From the NCBI GenBank assembly GCA_043822065.1, contig JBDRCC010000020.1, forward strand, positions 80,598 through 144,597: DNA of 64,000 nucleotides, in the 5' to 3' direction. Every line of letters starts with the position of its first letter. Within the stretch, counting starts at the first letter, position 1. This DNA comes from an archaeon (GTDB lineage: Archaea; Undinarchaeota; CAZHTU01; JBDRCC01). The translations under genes were made by a program, and so were the position numbers. Shown in pieces: positions 37,966 through 47,179 of the stretch. The notes beneath the pieces were generated by a model that was given only the letters and a program-made list of their open reading frames with translations, did not search any database and had not been told where the DNA came from.

Positions 37966-39306
37966 TTAGCATAAGCCGTCAAGCGTTGAAAGGAACTCGC
38001 CGACGCGGTCTGTAGGCACATATGCCCCGCATGCAACAGTGTGCCCGCCGCCTATGCCACCGGATGACTTCGCAGCACTCCTGAACCTTTCGCCAAGGTC
38101 GAACCCGTCCAATACCAGGAGCCTGGAGCACCTCCCGCTTATCTTTGCTGTCCCGTTGCCCGAAGAGGAAATGCCGACTATCGGCTTGTACGGGTCGGAC
38201 ATCTGCGAGCCCAGCAGCATGCCGGCTACCGTCCCGACAATTGTCTCGCTTATCTGGTCCCGCGCGTCAAAGTACTGTATCCTGTCCTTTTTCTGGACGC
38301 CATCCGCTTCGATGAACTCCATCCCCCTTGCGAGGTTCTGCCGGTGCCTCTTGAGCAGCTTAAGCATTTCTGAATACGCGCCTTTCCTGTCCCCCTTGCA
38401 TACCTCCAGCGCAATCTCCGGCTTGCCGTTCCTGCCGCAGGCATTAAGGCACGTCGTGTACTCATCAATGTCCCTCAGCTCGGTCCGCGGCTCCTCGTCC
38501 GCTAGCTGGTACGTCTCCCCGACTATGAGGCTGCCCACGTACCTCCTAAGCTTTTCAGGGGCGTGGTACAGCGCCCTTTTCGTAAGCGCGGTCCCTAGCT
38601 TCTGCTTTTCTTCAAGCGTAAAATCGGCAATGGCCCTCCATTTGCCTTCGGACTTCTGCTCTATGCCCAAGTCCTTTAGGAGCATGTGGCTCCCTGCCTG
38701 GGAGTTGCTGACGTTTGGTATGTACGGGTCTGTGAAGTACTGCAGCGCCATAAACGCCGGTCTGGTCTGCCTGCCGTATATCTGCAGGTCATTCTGGACA
38801 AGCACCTTTCCGCTGGCGACTGCCTCCTTTAGTATTTTGCTGTTCGCGCCATCAAGCCTGCCCCAAAAGTTCTGCACGTCCCCGACTGCGCCGATGACTG
38901 CAAGGTGCGCGAGGTCGGAATTCTCCCTGCTCATATGCCTTGCAAAAAGGTAAGCCATTCCGGCGCCGCTTATCTCCGTGGCTCCGTTGTGCCCGAGGTT
39001 GTGCGCGTTGAGATGGATTATTCCCTCCGGCTTTTCCTGCGCCGGCTTGTGGTGGTCCAGTACAATCCCCTCTGTTCCCATAAGGAGCTCCAACTGCCCA
39101 GAGCCCAGGTCGGAGAAAATGTAGAAGCCGTCCCCTGGCGCCTCTACCAGCTGTTTTACGAAGCTGACTTTGTGGTCTATCCCTGCCCTCCCCAATGCGG
39201 TGCTGAGGATAGCCGCTGCTGATATGCCGTCTGCGTCTATGTGGCTTATCAGCTCGACAGAACTTTCCTGCTTCAGCCTGTCGATAGCCTTGCTGAATCC
39301 TTCCAT
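37966..39306 (-). CDS. RecJ/GAN-like DHH phosphoesterase
   Basis: HIDADG, SDLGSG, DHH, GGGHTVACGA. Confidence 0.9.
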   Translation of the reverse strand: MEGFSKAIDRLKQESSVELISHIDADGISAAAILSTALGRAGIDHKVSFVKQLVEAPGDGFYIFSDLGSGQLELLMGTEGIVLDHHKPAQEKPEGIIHLNAHNLGHNGATEISGAGMAYLFARHMSRENSDLAHLAVIGAVGDVQNFWGRLDGANSKILKEAVASGKVLVQNDLQIYGRQTRPAFMALQYFTDPYIPNVSNSQAGSHMLLKDLGIEQKSEGKWRAIADFTLEEKQKLGTALTKRALYHAPEKLRRYVGSLIVGETYQLADEEPRTELRDIDEYTTCLNACGRNGKPEIALEVCKGDRKGAYSEMLKLLKRHRQNLARGMEFIEADGVQKKDRIQYFDARDQISETIVGTVAGMLLGSQMSDPYKPIVGISSSGNGTAKISGRCSRLLVLDGFDLGERFRSAAKSSGGIGGGHTVACGAYVPTDRVGEFLSTLDGLC

Positions 39307-39650
39307 TCCAGAGTATCTCCTTCAGAAAAGCCGGAGTTGGTGTTTAACTCAAGCACGTACCTTACTGCAGTCTTAGGATAATAAACTTTCCATGTCTTTG
39401 GGTCGGACGTAATCGGCCTTGCGGACTGAACAGTAACTACGCGCCGCTTCTCATCCACAAAGACTATGTCCAGCGGGAACAGCATCTTCCACATCCATAT
39501 GCCGTGCCGCCTGCTGTAGCCGAAGTCCATTAGTATCCCGGCGTCATCCGCAAGCGAGCCCCGCCGGCTAAGCCCCAGGGTGCGCTCCCTCAAAGTCTTT
39601 TTTACCTCAACCTTGTACTTCCCCCCAGTCCTTATGTTCTTCACTATCAC
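39273..39650 (-). CDS. DUF192 family protein
   Basis: RTLGL, IWMWKMLFPLDIVFVD, YVLEL. Confidence 0.85.
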   Translation of the reverse strand: MIVKNIRTGGKYKVEVKKTLRERTLGLSRRGSLADDAGILMDFGYSRRHGIWMWKMLFPLDIVFVDEKRRVVTVQSARPITSDPKTWKVYYPKTAVRYVLELNTNSGFSEGDTLEWKDSARLSTG

Positions 39651-39692
39651 CCATGAAGAATGGTTAAAAACAATAAAAACCTATGCTTCTCA

Positions 39693-40208
39693 ATGAAGAC
39701 AGCCCTTTTGGTCGGCAGGTTCCAGCCTTTTCACAACGGCCACCTTTTCCTGATAACGCACATACTCTCCTGCGAGGACAAGCTCACAATCGTTGTCGGC
39801 AGCTCGCAGGAATCAAGGACCGAGCGAAACCCATTCACCGCCGCAGAGCGCATCTGCATGATACACCGTGCGCTTGAGAATGAGGCCATCCTTGAAAGCA
39901 GGTTTAACCTGATAGCCGTTCCGGACCAAAAGGACGACGCTGCGTGGCTGGACCGCCTCTTGCATGCCTCCCCTCCCTTCCAAACGGTCTACGCAAATGA
40001 CGACTGGGTCAGGGGAATATTCAAGTCAACCGGGTTTAAGGTTGTTAAGCCGCCATTCTTCGGCAGGGACGTCCACAAGAGCAAAGAGATCCGGAACAGG
40101 ATGAAAATGGACCTCCCTTGGAAGGAATTCGTCCCTGAGAAGGTGGCGCACTACCTTGAGGAGATAAACTGGCACCAGATTTTTGAGCAAATAGGCGGCA
40201 GCTCATGA
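39693..40208 (+). CDS. nadM: Nicotinamide-nucleotide adenylyltransferase
   Basis: VGRFQPFHNGH, VGSSQ, NPFTAAER. Confidence 0.9.
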   Translation: MKTALLVGRFQPFHNGHLFLITHILSCEDKLTIVVGSSQESRTERNPFTAAERICMIHRALENEAILESRFNLIAVPDQKDDAAWLDRLLHASPPFQTVYANDDWVRGIFKSTGFKVVKPPFFGRDVHKSKEIRNRMKMDLPWKEFVPEKVAHYLEEINWHQIFEQIGGSS

Positions 40209-40589
40209 GGCGACTGCTGAAAATGATTTTCCGCTTTTCTCAGCCGCCGCCCTGCTTACTTTGTACTTCTGCCCTTCGGTCCTCTCCAGCCCTTCTGGCG
40301 GCAGAAACCTCCAGTCCTCATAATTGAACCTGACTCCGATAAGCGCCTGTGCCCCGAACTTTTTCGAGAACTCTAAAAGGCCCTCCACCTGCTCCGGTTC
40401 TATATACACTGTCGAGCTCTTGGACGCCTTGCACTCAACCGCGAGTATTTTCTTCCCGTTCCCCACAATAATGTCCGGTGCCGGGTACCTGCTTACCCCG
40501 GAGCCGGCAGACCTCACCACACCGTAGCCAGCGTCATAAAACATCTGCATAAGCTCCCTTTCAAGCCTTGAGCCCTTTTTTGACGACAT
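40203..40589 (-). CDS. hjc: Holliday junction resolvase
   Basis: KGSRLEREL, RSAGSG, PDII, VECK. Confidence 0.95.
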   Translation of the reverse strand: MSSKKGSRLERELMQMFYDAGYGVVRSAGSGVSRYPAPDIIVGNGKKILAVECKASKSSTVYIEPEQVEGLLEFSKKFGAQALIGVRFNYEDWRFLPPEGLERTEGQKYKVSRAAAEKSGKSFSAVAS

Positions 40590-40646
40590 TTTTGCGTTTT
40601 GAAGCTAAAGTATTTATAGCTCCTTGGATTTTATAACGTAGGGGAC

Positions 40647-41195
40647 ATGGATAATAGAATAATTACTGTCAAAGAGGCTATGACGCCCGAGGTTAAGACG
40701 GTCAGCCCTTCTGACAGCCTTGAAAAAATATCGAAGTTTATGGTTGACCACCACATCGGCTGTGTTGTTGTTTCAGATAAAAAGCCGGTTGGGATAGTAA
40801 CCGAGGCAGACGTAGTAATGGCTGTTTCGCAGGGGATGGACCCAAAGAAGCTGAAGGCCCAGGAGATAATGACCTCGCCGGTTATTTCTGTTAATCCACA
40901 CGAAGATGTCATAGAGGTTTCGAAGAAGCTCTCAAAATACAACATACGCAGGATTCCAGTTATGGACGGGGACAAGCTTTTGGGGATAGTGACCTCCCAC
41001 GACCTGCTCAGGGTTGCGTCCGAAGAGGAAGCCATCCTGTCGGAGATTGTCGACGTCCGCCTTGGCCACATTTTCGGCTCAAAGAAGCACAGGTACTTCA
41101 CAGGCAGGTGCGAGGTCTGCACCGAATATTCTGACTTCCTGAGGGAAATAAACGGCAAGCTTGTCTGCCAAGAATGCGTTGATTCCGAAGCATGA
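40647..41195 (+). CDS. CBS-pair protein with C-terminal C4 zinc ribbon
   Basis: Two CBS motifs plus GRCEVC...LVCQEC. Confidence 0.9.
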   Translation: MDNRIITVKEAMTPEVKTVSPSDSLEKISKFMVDHHIGCVVVSDKKPVGIVTEADVVMAVSQGMDPKKLKAQEIMTSPVISVNPHEDVIEVSKKLSKYNIRRIPVMDGDKLLGIVTSHDLLRVASEEEAILSEIVDVRLGHIFGSKKHRYFTGRCEVCTEYSDFLREINGKLVCQECVDSEA

Positions 41196-41920
41196 TACTA
41201 AAAGACATACTGGTTAAGCCAGTCACAATCGACTGTGCACAGTTAGCGACGAAGGCGCGCGCCATCCTCAAGAAAAAAAAGGCTAATTACCTGATTGCCA
41301 CTGAAAAAGGGAGGCCTTCAGGGATAATCGACCTCAAGCACGTCATCCGGCTGAAGGACAAAAAGTCAAACCTCCTCTGCAAGAGCCTGGCTGAGCCGGT
41401 AAGGGCGATATTCTCGCCTGACCTGCCGCTGCTTGATGCCGCAAAGCTCCTGCTCACATCAAAGTCAGAAGTTGGGATTGTCCTTGAAGCCGGGAAAATG
41501 CGCGGCGTTGTCGACTACCCTGCTCTGCTTGATGGCTTTATAAAAGCAAGATACGCTCCGAAAAAAATGGCAGTCTCCGACCTAAAGCCTTCGATGCTTT
41601 CAATCAGCTCAAAGTCCTCAGTCAGTGCGGCGCTGAAGCTGCTGTCTGATGCGCCGGCTGTTGCAGTCCTCCAAGGCAGCAAGGTAGTAGGCGTTGTCTC
41701 AAGGCACGACTTCCTCCGCCACAGCGAAATGCGGCAGGGCGGCAGGCACATTAGCGGGGCTACAAATTCCCCTGCCGTAACCGTGGTGCCGGGCTCAACG
41801 GTAGCCGGTGCGGCAAAGATGATGGTGTCGAAAGGGCTTTCCCTTCTCCCTGTGGTCGAAGGGGATTCATTCGCAGGATCAATTACGGCTGCAGACCTCG
41901 TGTCTGCTTACGTGGGGTGA
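41192..41920 (+). CDS. Multi-CBS-domain protein
   Basis: Repeated [LV]PVV...G[IV][IV][TS]xxD-like CBS motifs. Confidence 0.85.
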   Translation: MILKDILVKPVTIDCAQLATKARAILKKKKANYLIATEKGRPSGIIDLKHVIRLKDKKSNLLCKSLAEPVRAIFSPDLPLLDAAKLLLTSKSEVGIVLEAGKMRGVVDYPALLDGFIKARYAPKKMAVSDLKPSMLSISSKSSVSAALKLLSDAPAVAVLQGSKVVGVVSRHDFLRHSEMRQGGRHISGATNSPAVTVVPGSTVAGAAKMMVSKGLSLLPVVEGDSFAGSITAADLVSAYVG

Positions 41921-41923
41921 AAC

Positions 41924-42808
41924 ATGCAAAACAGGATACGGGATTCGTTAAGGAAAACATTCAACAGAAGGATTTCTGACTACGGCCCGGTTGACTTCGG
42001 CACGCACAGAGCAGAGAAGCCCTCGCAGATACTCCCAATCGCCTCAAAGAAGGTCGTCAGCGTTACCAAGACCACCCCGATAAAAAAGGCAACCCAGGTG
42101 ATGGCTGAGATGGGCGTTAGGAGAATACCCGTCGTGGACCCGGGGACAAACCGGCTTGTCGGCATATTCACGTCCACTGACGTAATGGACTTTTTGGGCG
42201 GAGGGCAGAAATCGAAGCTTGCCGACAACATAAGCAAGGCGCTGAACTATCCAGTCGGCCGCCTCATGGAGGAAAAGGTAAGAACACTCTCCGAGAGCTC
42301 AACAATTACTGATGCGGTTGATACATTCCTCTCCGTCGGCGTAGGGGGCGTTCCGGTAGTCGGCAAAAAAGGCGAGCTTATCGCAGTTCTGACAATACGC
42401 GACTTAATGCACCTTATCGCTGGCAGGGATACCGGCGTAAAAGTGCGCGACGTCATGTCCAAGCCAGTGGTCGCAAGCCCCAACATGGGGGTCACAGACG
42501 TCACAAAGGTCATGGTCCGGAACAACTACTTCCGGCTCCCAGTTGTGGAGAATGACACCGTTGTCGGGATGATAACTTCCATGGACCTTGTAAGGGCGGT
42601 TGCGAGCTCGGAGATATTCAGCCCGAGCATTCTGGTCAAGGACGTCATGACAAAGAAGGTCACGGCAACTAGGCCTGAAACAGACATAGGGCAGATAGCC
42701 CAGATAACGTACGAGCGCGGAACCGGGGCATTCCCAGTGATATCCCAAAACAAGCTCGTAGGCATAATAACCGAGTACGACGTAATGCGGGGTGCATTTA
42801 AAAAATGA
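41924..42808 (+). CDS. Multi-CBS-domain protein
   Basis: RRIPVVD..LVGIFTSTD, GGVPVV, FRLPVV..VGMITSMD, FPVI..VGIITEYD. Confidence 0.9.
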   Translation: MQNRIRDSLRKTFNRRISDYGPVDFGTHRAEKPSQILPIASKKVVSVTKTTPIKKATQVMAEMGVRRIPVVDPGTNRLVGIFTSTDVMDFLGGGQKSKLADNISKALNYPVGRLMEEKVRTLSESSTITDAVDTFLSVGVGGVPVVGKKGELIAVLTIRDLMHLIAGRDTGVKVRDVMSKPVVASPNMGVTDVTKVMVRNNYFRLPVVENDTVVGMITSMDLVRAVASSEIFSPSILVKDVMTKKVTATRPETDIGQIAQITYERGTGAFPVISQNKLVGIITEYDVMRGAFKK

Positions 42809-43560
42809 TAGCCAAGGACTACCTAGAGCAGACCTTCTCCGTAGAGGCGAACGACACACTCTCCCATGTAAAGAAAATGATGCTGCGGCACAAGTCCACT
42901 TTTGCCCTCGTCTTTGACAACGGGGCGTTCTCAGGGCTCATAACTGCCAAGAGCATGCTCCAGAAAAACAAGACAGGCGCAAAATGGAAGCGGCGCAACG
43001 TCGAGCTTCTCCTTGCGAGAAACGCAACCCTGCCAAACGTCCCAGTTATAACTCCGGACTACTCCGCTGCGAATGTCGCAAAGCTTCTGGTGCGGGATTC
43101 GCTTCCAGCGGTTCCAGTCAGCGACGGCAAAAAAATAATAGGCGTCGTCACAAGGTACTCACTCCTTGAGCACTTCAACAAGAATTACAAGAACGCGTAC
43201 AAGGTCTCAGACCTCATGCACAAGGACATAGTCACCGTCAACAAAATGCACTCGGTAAAGCATGCGCACCAGCTCCTCTTCAAGAGGGACCTGACCAAGA
43301 TTGTGGTAGAAGATGAGCGGATGCCAATTGGCGTCGTTACGGACCGGGACCTGCTGTTCAAGTCCGAGGACGGCGCGCAGGTAAAGGACATCATGTCCAA
43401 GGGCGTCTATACTGTGAAGCCGACCGATGACGCAGCCGCAGCAGGCGCGCTGATGCTGAAATACCGGGTTTCAAGCCTTCCAGTGGTGGGGGCGGCCCTA
43501 ATGGGCGTGCTTACCCGCTCAGACCTAATAAAGAAGATCAAGGAGCCGCAGGGCAGATAG
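42805..43560 (+). CDS. Multi-CBS-domain protein
   Basis: Four CBS-like units, e.g. IGVVTDRDL and SSLPVV..GVLTRSDL. Confidence 0.88.
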   Translation: MIAKDYLEQTFSVEANDTLSHVKKMMLRHKSTFALVFDNGAFSGLITAKSMLQKNKTGAKWKRRNVELLLARNATLPNVPVITPDYSAANVAKLLVRDSLPAVPVSDGKKIIGVVTRYSLLEHFNKNYKNAYKVSDLMHKDIVTVNKMHSVKHAHQLLFKRDLTKIVVEDERMPIGVVTDRDLLFKSEDGAQVKDIMSKGVYTVKPTDDAAAAGALMLKYRVSSLPVVGAALMGVLTRSDLIKKIKEPQGR

Positions 43561-43572
43561 GATGGAGGAAAA

Positions 43573-44343
43573 ATGAAGATATCAAGCATTATGCAAAAAG
43601 ACGTTACGACGATTGACAAGGACGAGACGGTCCACAACGCCATCTCAAAAATGTCAAAGGCATCCGTTTCCAAGCTTCCGGTCTTGAACAACGGGAAACT
43701 AGTTGGCATAGTCACCTATTCCGACCTGCTAAAGGTCCTTGGCTCGTCAAGGCAGCAGGCAGTGCCGACCCACATTCACGTCAGCAATGCGATGCAGCGT
43801 GACGTCAAAATTGCGAGTGAGGATCACGAGCTTTCCCATGCCGCCAGCCTTATGGTCACCTACGGCATATCCTCGCTTCCGGTCATGCGCGGCGACTCCA
43901 TAGTCGGCATAGTGACAAAGACTGACCTCGTTGGAACTTTCACGGACAAGGCCGCCAAGGTAAAAAGTTTGATGATCCATCCGGTAACGATCTCTCCGAC
44001 CGACCGGATAGTGCATGCGCGCGAGATAATGTTCAAAAAGGGCATCTCAATGCTGCCTGTTGTCGACGATGGGGAAGTTCTCGGGACAATAAATGAGGGG
44101 CACATAGCTGAGACGCTGGACGTCTTCAGGCGGAAAACAGAAAAGCACCAGGCGAAGCGCGTTGCAGAGATACTCGTTGAGGACATCATGTCCAGGGAAA
44201 TCCCGTCAACTACCCAAGATACCTCGGTCGTCGACGCAATAAAAGCCATGAAGCAAAAGGGGACGACATCGCTTCTCGTCATGGACAAAGGCAAAGTAGT
44301 GGGCGTCTTTTCTAAGACAGATATACTCCCTCTTCTGAGGTAA
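43573..44343 (+). CDS. Multi-CBS-domain protein
   Basis: SKLPVL..LVGIVTYSDL, SSLPVM..VGIVTKTDL, MLPVVD, VGVFSKTDI. Confidence 0.9.
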   Translation: MKISSIMQKDVTTIDKDETVHNAISKMSKASVSKLPVLNNGKLVGIVTYSDLLKVLGSSRQQAVPTHIHVSNAMQRDVKIASEDHELSHAASLMVTYGISSLPVMRGDSIVGIVTKTDLVGTFTDKAAKVKSLMIHPVTISPTDRIVHAREIMFKKGISMLPVVDDGEVLGTINEGHIAETLDVFRRKTEKHQAKRVAEILVEDIMSREIPSTTQDTSVVDAIKAMKQKGTTSLLVMDKGKVVGVFSKTDILPLLR

Positions 44344-44365
44344 CCTATATAAAGCATGTCCAAGA

Positions 44366-44692
44366 ATGAGTAAGTACATCCTAAATCCTACTGATTCTGG
44401 GTGCGAATTGCGCATCCAGGTATCGGCAAATTCCAAAGATTTCAAGATTACAGGATTAACATTTGATAATGTCGTAAAAATCAAGTGTACCCAGCCCCCT
44501 TTAGAGGGCCGCGCCAACCGCGAGATCGAGTCTCGCCTGGCTGAATTCTTTGGAGCTAAGACACAAATAAAGCAAGGCAGTGAAAAAAGCACTAAAAAGT
44601 GGGCTGTTATTGACCTCCCAATTGGCGAGGCCAAGGCAAAGCTCGACAAAGTGCTCGCTGCAACGGAGGAAAAATGGCAAAAATCGCGTTAG
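44366..44692 (+). CDS. DUF167/YggU (UPF0235) family protein
   Basis: PPLEGRANREI...LAEFFG...IKQGSEKSTKK. Confidence 0.78.
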   Translation: MSKYILNPTDSGCELRIQVSANSKDFKITGLTFDNVVKIKCTQPPLEGRANREIESRLAEFFGAKTQIKQGSEKSTKKWAVIDLPIGEAKAKLDKVLAATEEKWQKSR

Positions 44693-45990
44693 CGACTGAA
44701 AAGTACATCATATATGCAAAGTTCGAGGCGGCAGGAATCGTTGAGAAGCCTGACATTATCGGAGCAGTTTTCGGGCAGACCGAGGGGCTCCTCGGCGACG
44801 AGCTCGAGCTAAGGGAGCTGCAGAAGAGCGGAAGGATAGGGCGGATTGACGTCGACCTGTCGACCAGGGACGGAAGGTCGGAGGGCGTCATAAAAATCCC
44901 ATCGTCCCTCTCCAAGGAGGAGACCGCACTCGTCGCAGCTGCAGTTGAGACCATCGACAGGGTTGGCCCCTGCGAGGCAAAGCTGAAAATCGACAAGGTC
45001 GAAGACGTCAGGATGGAAAAGCGCCAGTACATCATGGGCCAGGCTAAGAAAATACTGGACGGCATGATTGTCTCAAGCGTCGGGTCATCCGAAATGTCCC
45101 GGACTGTCAAGAGCGATTACCGCATCTCAAAAATTGGGAGCTACGGCTCCGACGCGCTTCCGGCGGGGCCGGAGGCAGAGTCCTCAAGCGAGATAGTGCT
45201 CGTTGAGGGCAGGGCTGACGTCCTGAACCTCCTGAAGGCAGGGATAAAGAACTGCGTTTCAATAGAGGGCACGGCAATACCCCCGTCCGTCGTTCAGCTG
45301 TCAAAAGACAAAAGCGGAACAATTTTTGTCGACGGCGACCGCGGCGGAGACCTAATAATCAAGGAGCTTATGCAGAAGGCAAGGGTTGACTTCTTTGCGA
45401 AGGCGCCGGATGGAAAGGAGGTCGAGGAGCTTACCCAGAAGGAGATTCTCCAGTGCCTCCGGAACCGGAAGCCAATTGCGGAGTTTTCGACATATCCGAC
45501 AAGGCAGCCCGCAAGGGACTACTCTGACCGGCCCTCTCGGGGCTACTCTGAGCGGCCCAGGCGGGAATACTCAAGCAGGTCTTCGAGCAGCCGGGATGGC
45601 AAGCCCCGTGTGCGGCGCGATTCCCACAGTGATGTGCCTTACAGGTCCTCGCACGACACAGACGAGCCGCGCGAAAGGGCGCCATTCGCGCCCTCGCGGA
45701 AGTTCCCAGAGTTCCAGCCATTCATGAGGCGGGCTATGCAGTACAGCTCAGCAATACTCCTCGGGCCTTCGAACGCCGAAATCGGCGAGGTTCCCGCGAA
45801 GGAGCTTTCGAAGGTTCTTGACGACCTTGGCAATGACTCCAAAGTCGAGGCAGTGGTCGTTGGCAGCACCGTGACACAGGAAATAGTCGACGCAGCCCAG
45901 CGGAAAGGCGTGAAATACCTTGCTGGCGCGCGCAGGATGTATTCCAAAAAGTCGCGGGACCTGACCGTCTTGGGGCTTTCAGACCTGTAG
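44674..45990 (+). CDS. dnaG: Archaeal DnaG (primase-like, exosome-associated)
   Basis: GIVEKPDIIGAVFGQTEGLLG, TOPRIM VEGRADV and DGDRGG. Confidence 0.96.
   Translation: MAKIALATEKYIIYAKFEAAGIVEKPDIIGAVFGQTEGLLGDELELRELQKSGRIGRIDVDLSTRDGRSEGVIKIPSSLSKEETALVAAAVETIDRVGPCEAKLKIDKVEDVRMEKRQYIMGQAKKILDGMIVSSVGSSEMSRTVKSDYRISKIGSYGSDALPAGPEAESSSEIVLVEGRADVLNLLKAGIKNCVSIEGTAIPPSVVQLSKDKSGTIFVDGDRGGDLIIKELMQKARVDFFAKAPDGKEVEELTQKEILQCLRNRKPIAEFSTYPTRQPARDYSDRPSRGYSERPRREYSSRSSSSRDGKPRVRRDSHSDVPYRSSHDTDEPRERAPFAPSRKFPEFQPFMRRAMQYSSAILLGPSNAEIGEVPAKELSKVLDDLGNDSKVEAVVVGSTVTQEIVDAAQRKGVKYLAGARRMYSKKSRDLTVLGLSDL
45514..45585 (+). repeat. Degenerate 24-nt (8-aa) tandem repeat in the DnaG linker
   Basis: RDYSDRPS / RGYSERPR / REYSSRSS. 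Confidence 0.6.
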
Positions 45991-46077
45991 CCAGCTTTTT
46001 CCAAACTGGCCCAAGAACAACCGCCGGCTTAGCAAGCCGGTCAGAACTATCTCCGAGCCAGGCAGCCGCCTGGCCGG
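45990..46077. other. Three consecutive hairpins in a convergent intergenic gap (terminator or structured RNA)
   Basis: GCCAG/CTGGC, CCGGCTT-agc-AAGCCGG, GCCAGGC-agcc-GCCTGGC. Confidence 0.55.
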
Positions 46078-46293
46078 CTAGATTAGGTTCATCTTTTTGG
46101 AAACGTCCAGAAGCGTGTCGACGTCCTTCACGTCCATCGGGCCCACTATCCCGAACATCCATGGCTCTACGTCAGCGCCTATCTCCGCAATAGTATTTCC
46201 CCTGTAGTTTATCTTGACGTTGTAGCCGTTGTCCGCAAGCTCTTCGCACAACCCCTTTATCTTCGAGTATTTCCCGATAATCGAGTCTATCAC
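46078..46293 (-). CDS. Small hypothetical protein (71 aa)
   Basis: GTG start with GGGGAG upstream; translationally coupled to the upstream small ORF. Confidence 0.6.
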   Translation of the reverse strand: MIDSIIGKYSKIKGLCEELADNGYNVKINYRGNTIAEIGADVEPWMFGIVGPMDVKDVDTLLDVSKKMNLI

Positions 46294-46448
46294 TTCTCCC
46301 CCTTGAAAATCTCGCCTATTAAGTTTGGCTTCAGAATGTCGACGCTTATGTTTTTGCCGTCGCCAGTTATCCTGACTGCGACGTGGCCTTTTATCTTGAT
46401 GTCCACCTCAGCCCCGGACTTCAGAAGCGCATCAACAATCTCATTCAT
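46290..46448 (-). CDS. Small hypothetical protein (52 aa, not in ORF track)
   Basis: Hand translation MNEIVDALLKSGAEVDIKIKGHVAVRITGDGKNISVDILKPNLIGEIFKGEK; GTGA overlap with the next gene. Confidence 0.6.
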   Translation of the reverse strand: MNEIVDALLKSGAEVDIKIKGHVAVRITGDGKNISVDILKPNLIGEIFKGEK

Positions 46449-46526
46449 GCCATCTAAGAAAGCGCGTTACTTAATAACCTTTTTCAATGCAACACCCTAA
46501 AAAACAAGCCCGCACTCTTATCCGGC

Positions 46527-47147
46527 ATGGGAATTGCCAGGCTCGCAAGTGACCTGCGGAAGCTTCCAATAGCGCAGGAGGTGGCTGACAGGGTATCCGA
46601 GTTCCGGCTTCTTGGAAAGAAGGGCAGCCAGGCGTGGTTCTCCGAGCTTAGCTTCTGCGTCCTGACTGCAAACGCGACCGCCCAGAAGGGGATTGAGCTC
46701 CAGGAAAAAATTGGGCACGGCTTTCTTACCCTGGTAGAAACGCAGCTCCAGGCAAAGCTGAAGTGCCACGGCTACCGCTTCCACACCAGGGCGGGCTTCA
46801 TCGTATACAACCGCAGGTTCTCTAACCTCAAGGACATCATACTCCGGTTCCGGACGTCTGCCGAAGCCCGCGAATGGCTTGCCAAAAACGTAATGGGCGT
46901 AGGCTACAAGGAGGCGAGCCACTTCCTCAGGAACGTCGGCTTCATGGACGTTGCCATCCTCGACAGGCACATATTAAATGTCATGAAGGAGTACGGCGTC
47001 ATAATGGAAATTCCGAAGGCGCTGACGCCAAAAAAATACCTCGAGATTGAAAAAGCCCTTCTCCCGCTCTCAAGAACAACCAAGCTGTCCCTGGGGGAGC
47101 TCGACCTCTACCTTTGGTACATGAAAACCAGCAAGGTGCTGAAATAG
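46527..47147 (+). CDS. ogg: 8-oxoguanine DNA glycosylase/AP lyase (N-glycosylase/DNA lyase)
   Basis: ELSFCVLTAN, HhH GVGYKEASHFLRNVG, AILDRH, DLYLWYMKT..VLK. Confidence 0.93.
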   Translation: MGIARLASDLRKLPIAQEVADRVSEFRLLGKKGSQAWFSELSFCVLTANATAQKGIELQEKIGHGFLTLVETQLQAKLKCHGYRFHTRAGFIVYNRRFSNLKDIILRFRTSAEAREWLAKNVMGVGYKEASHFLRNVGFMDVAILDRHILNVMKEYGVIMEIPKALTPKKYLEIEKALLPLSRTTKLSLGELDLYLWYMKTSKVLK

Positions 47148-47179
47148 AGAACGGGTTTTGCGTCAAAACTGGCACGGTC

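Noticed and set aside
44366-44692. Apparently lower GC in the DUF167 gene as a sign of transfer
   Set aside because: The segment is short and the impression was not computed, so it is insufficient evidence.
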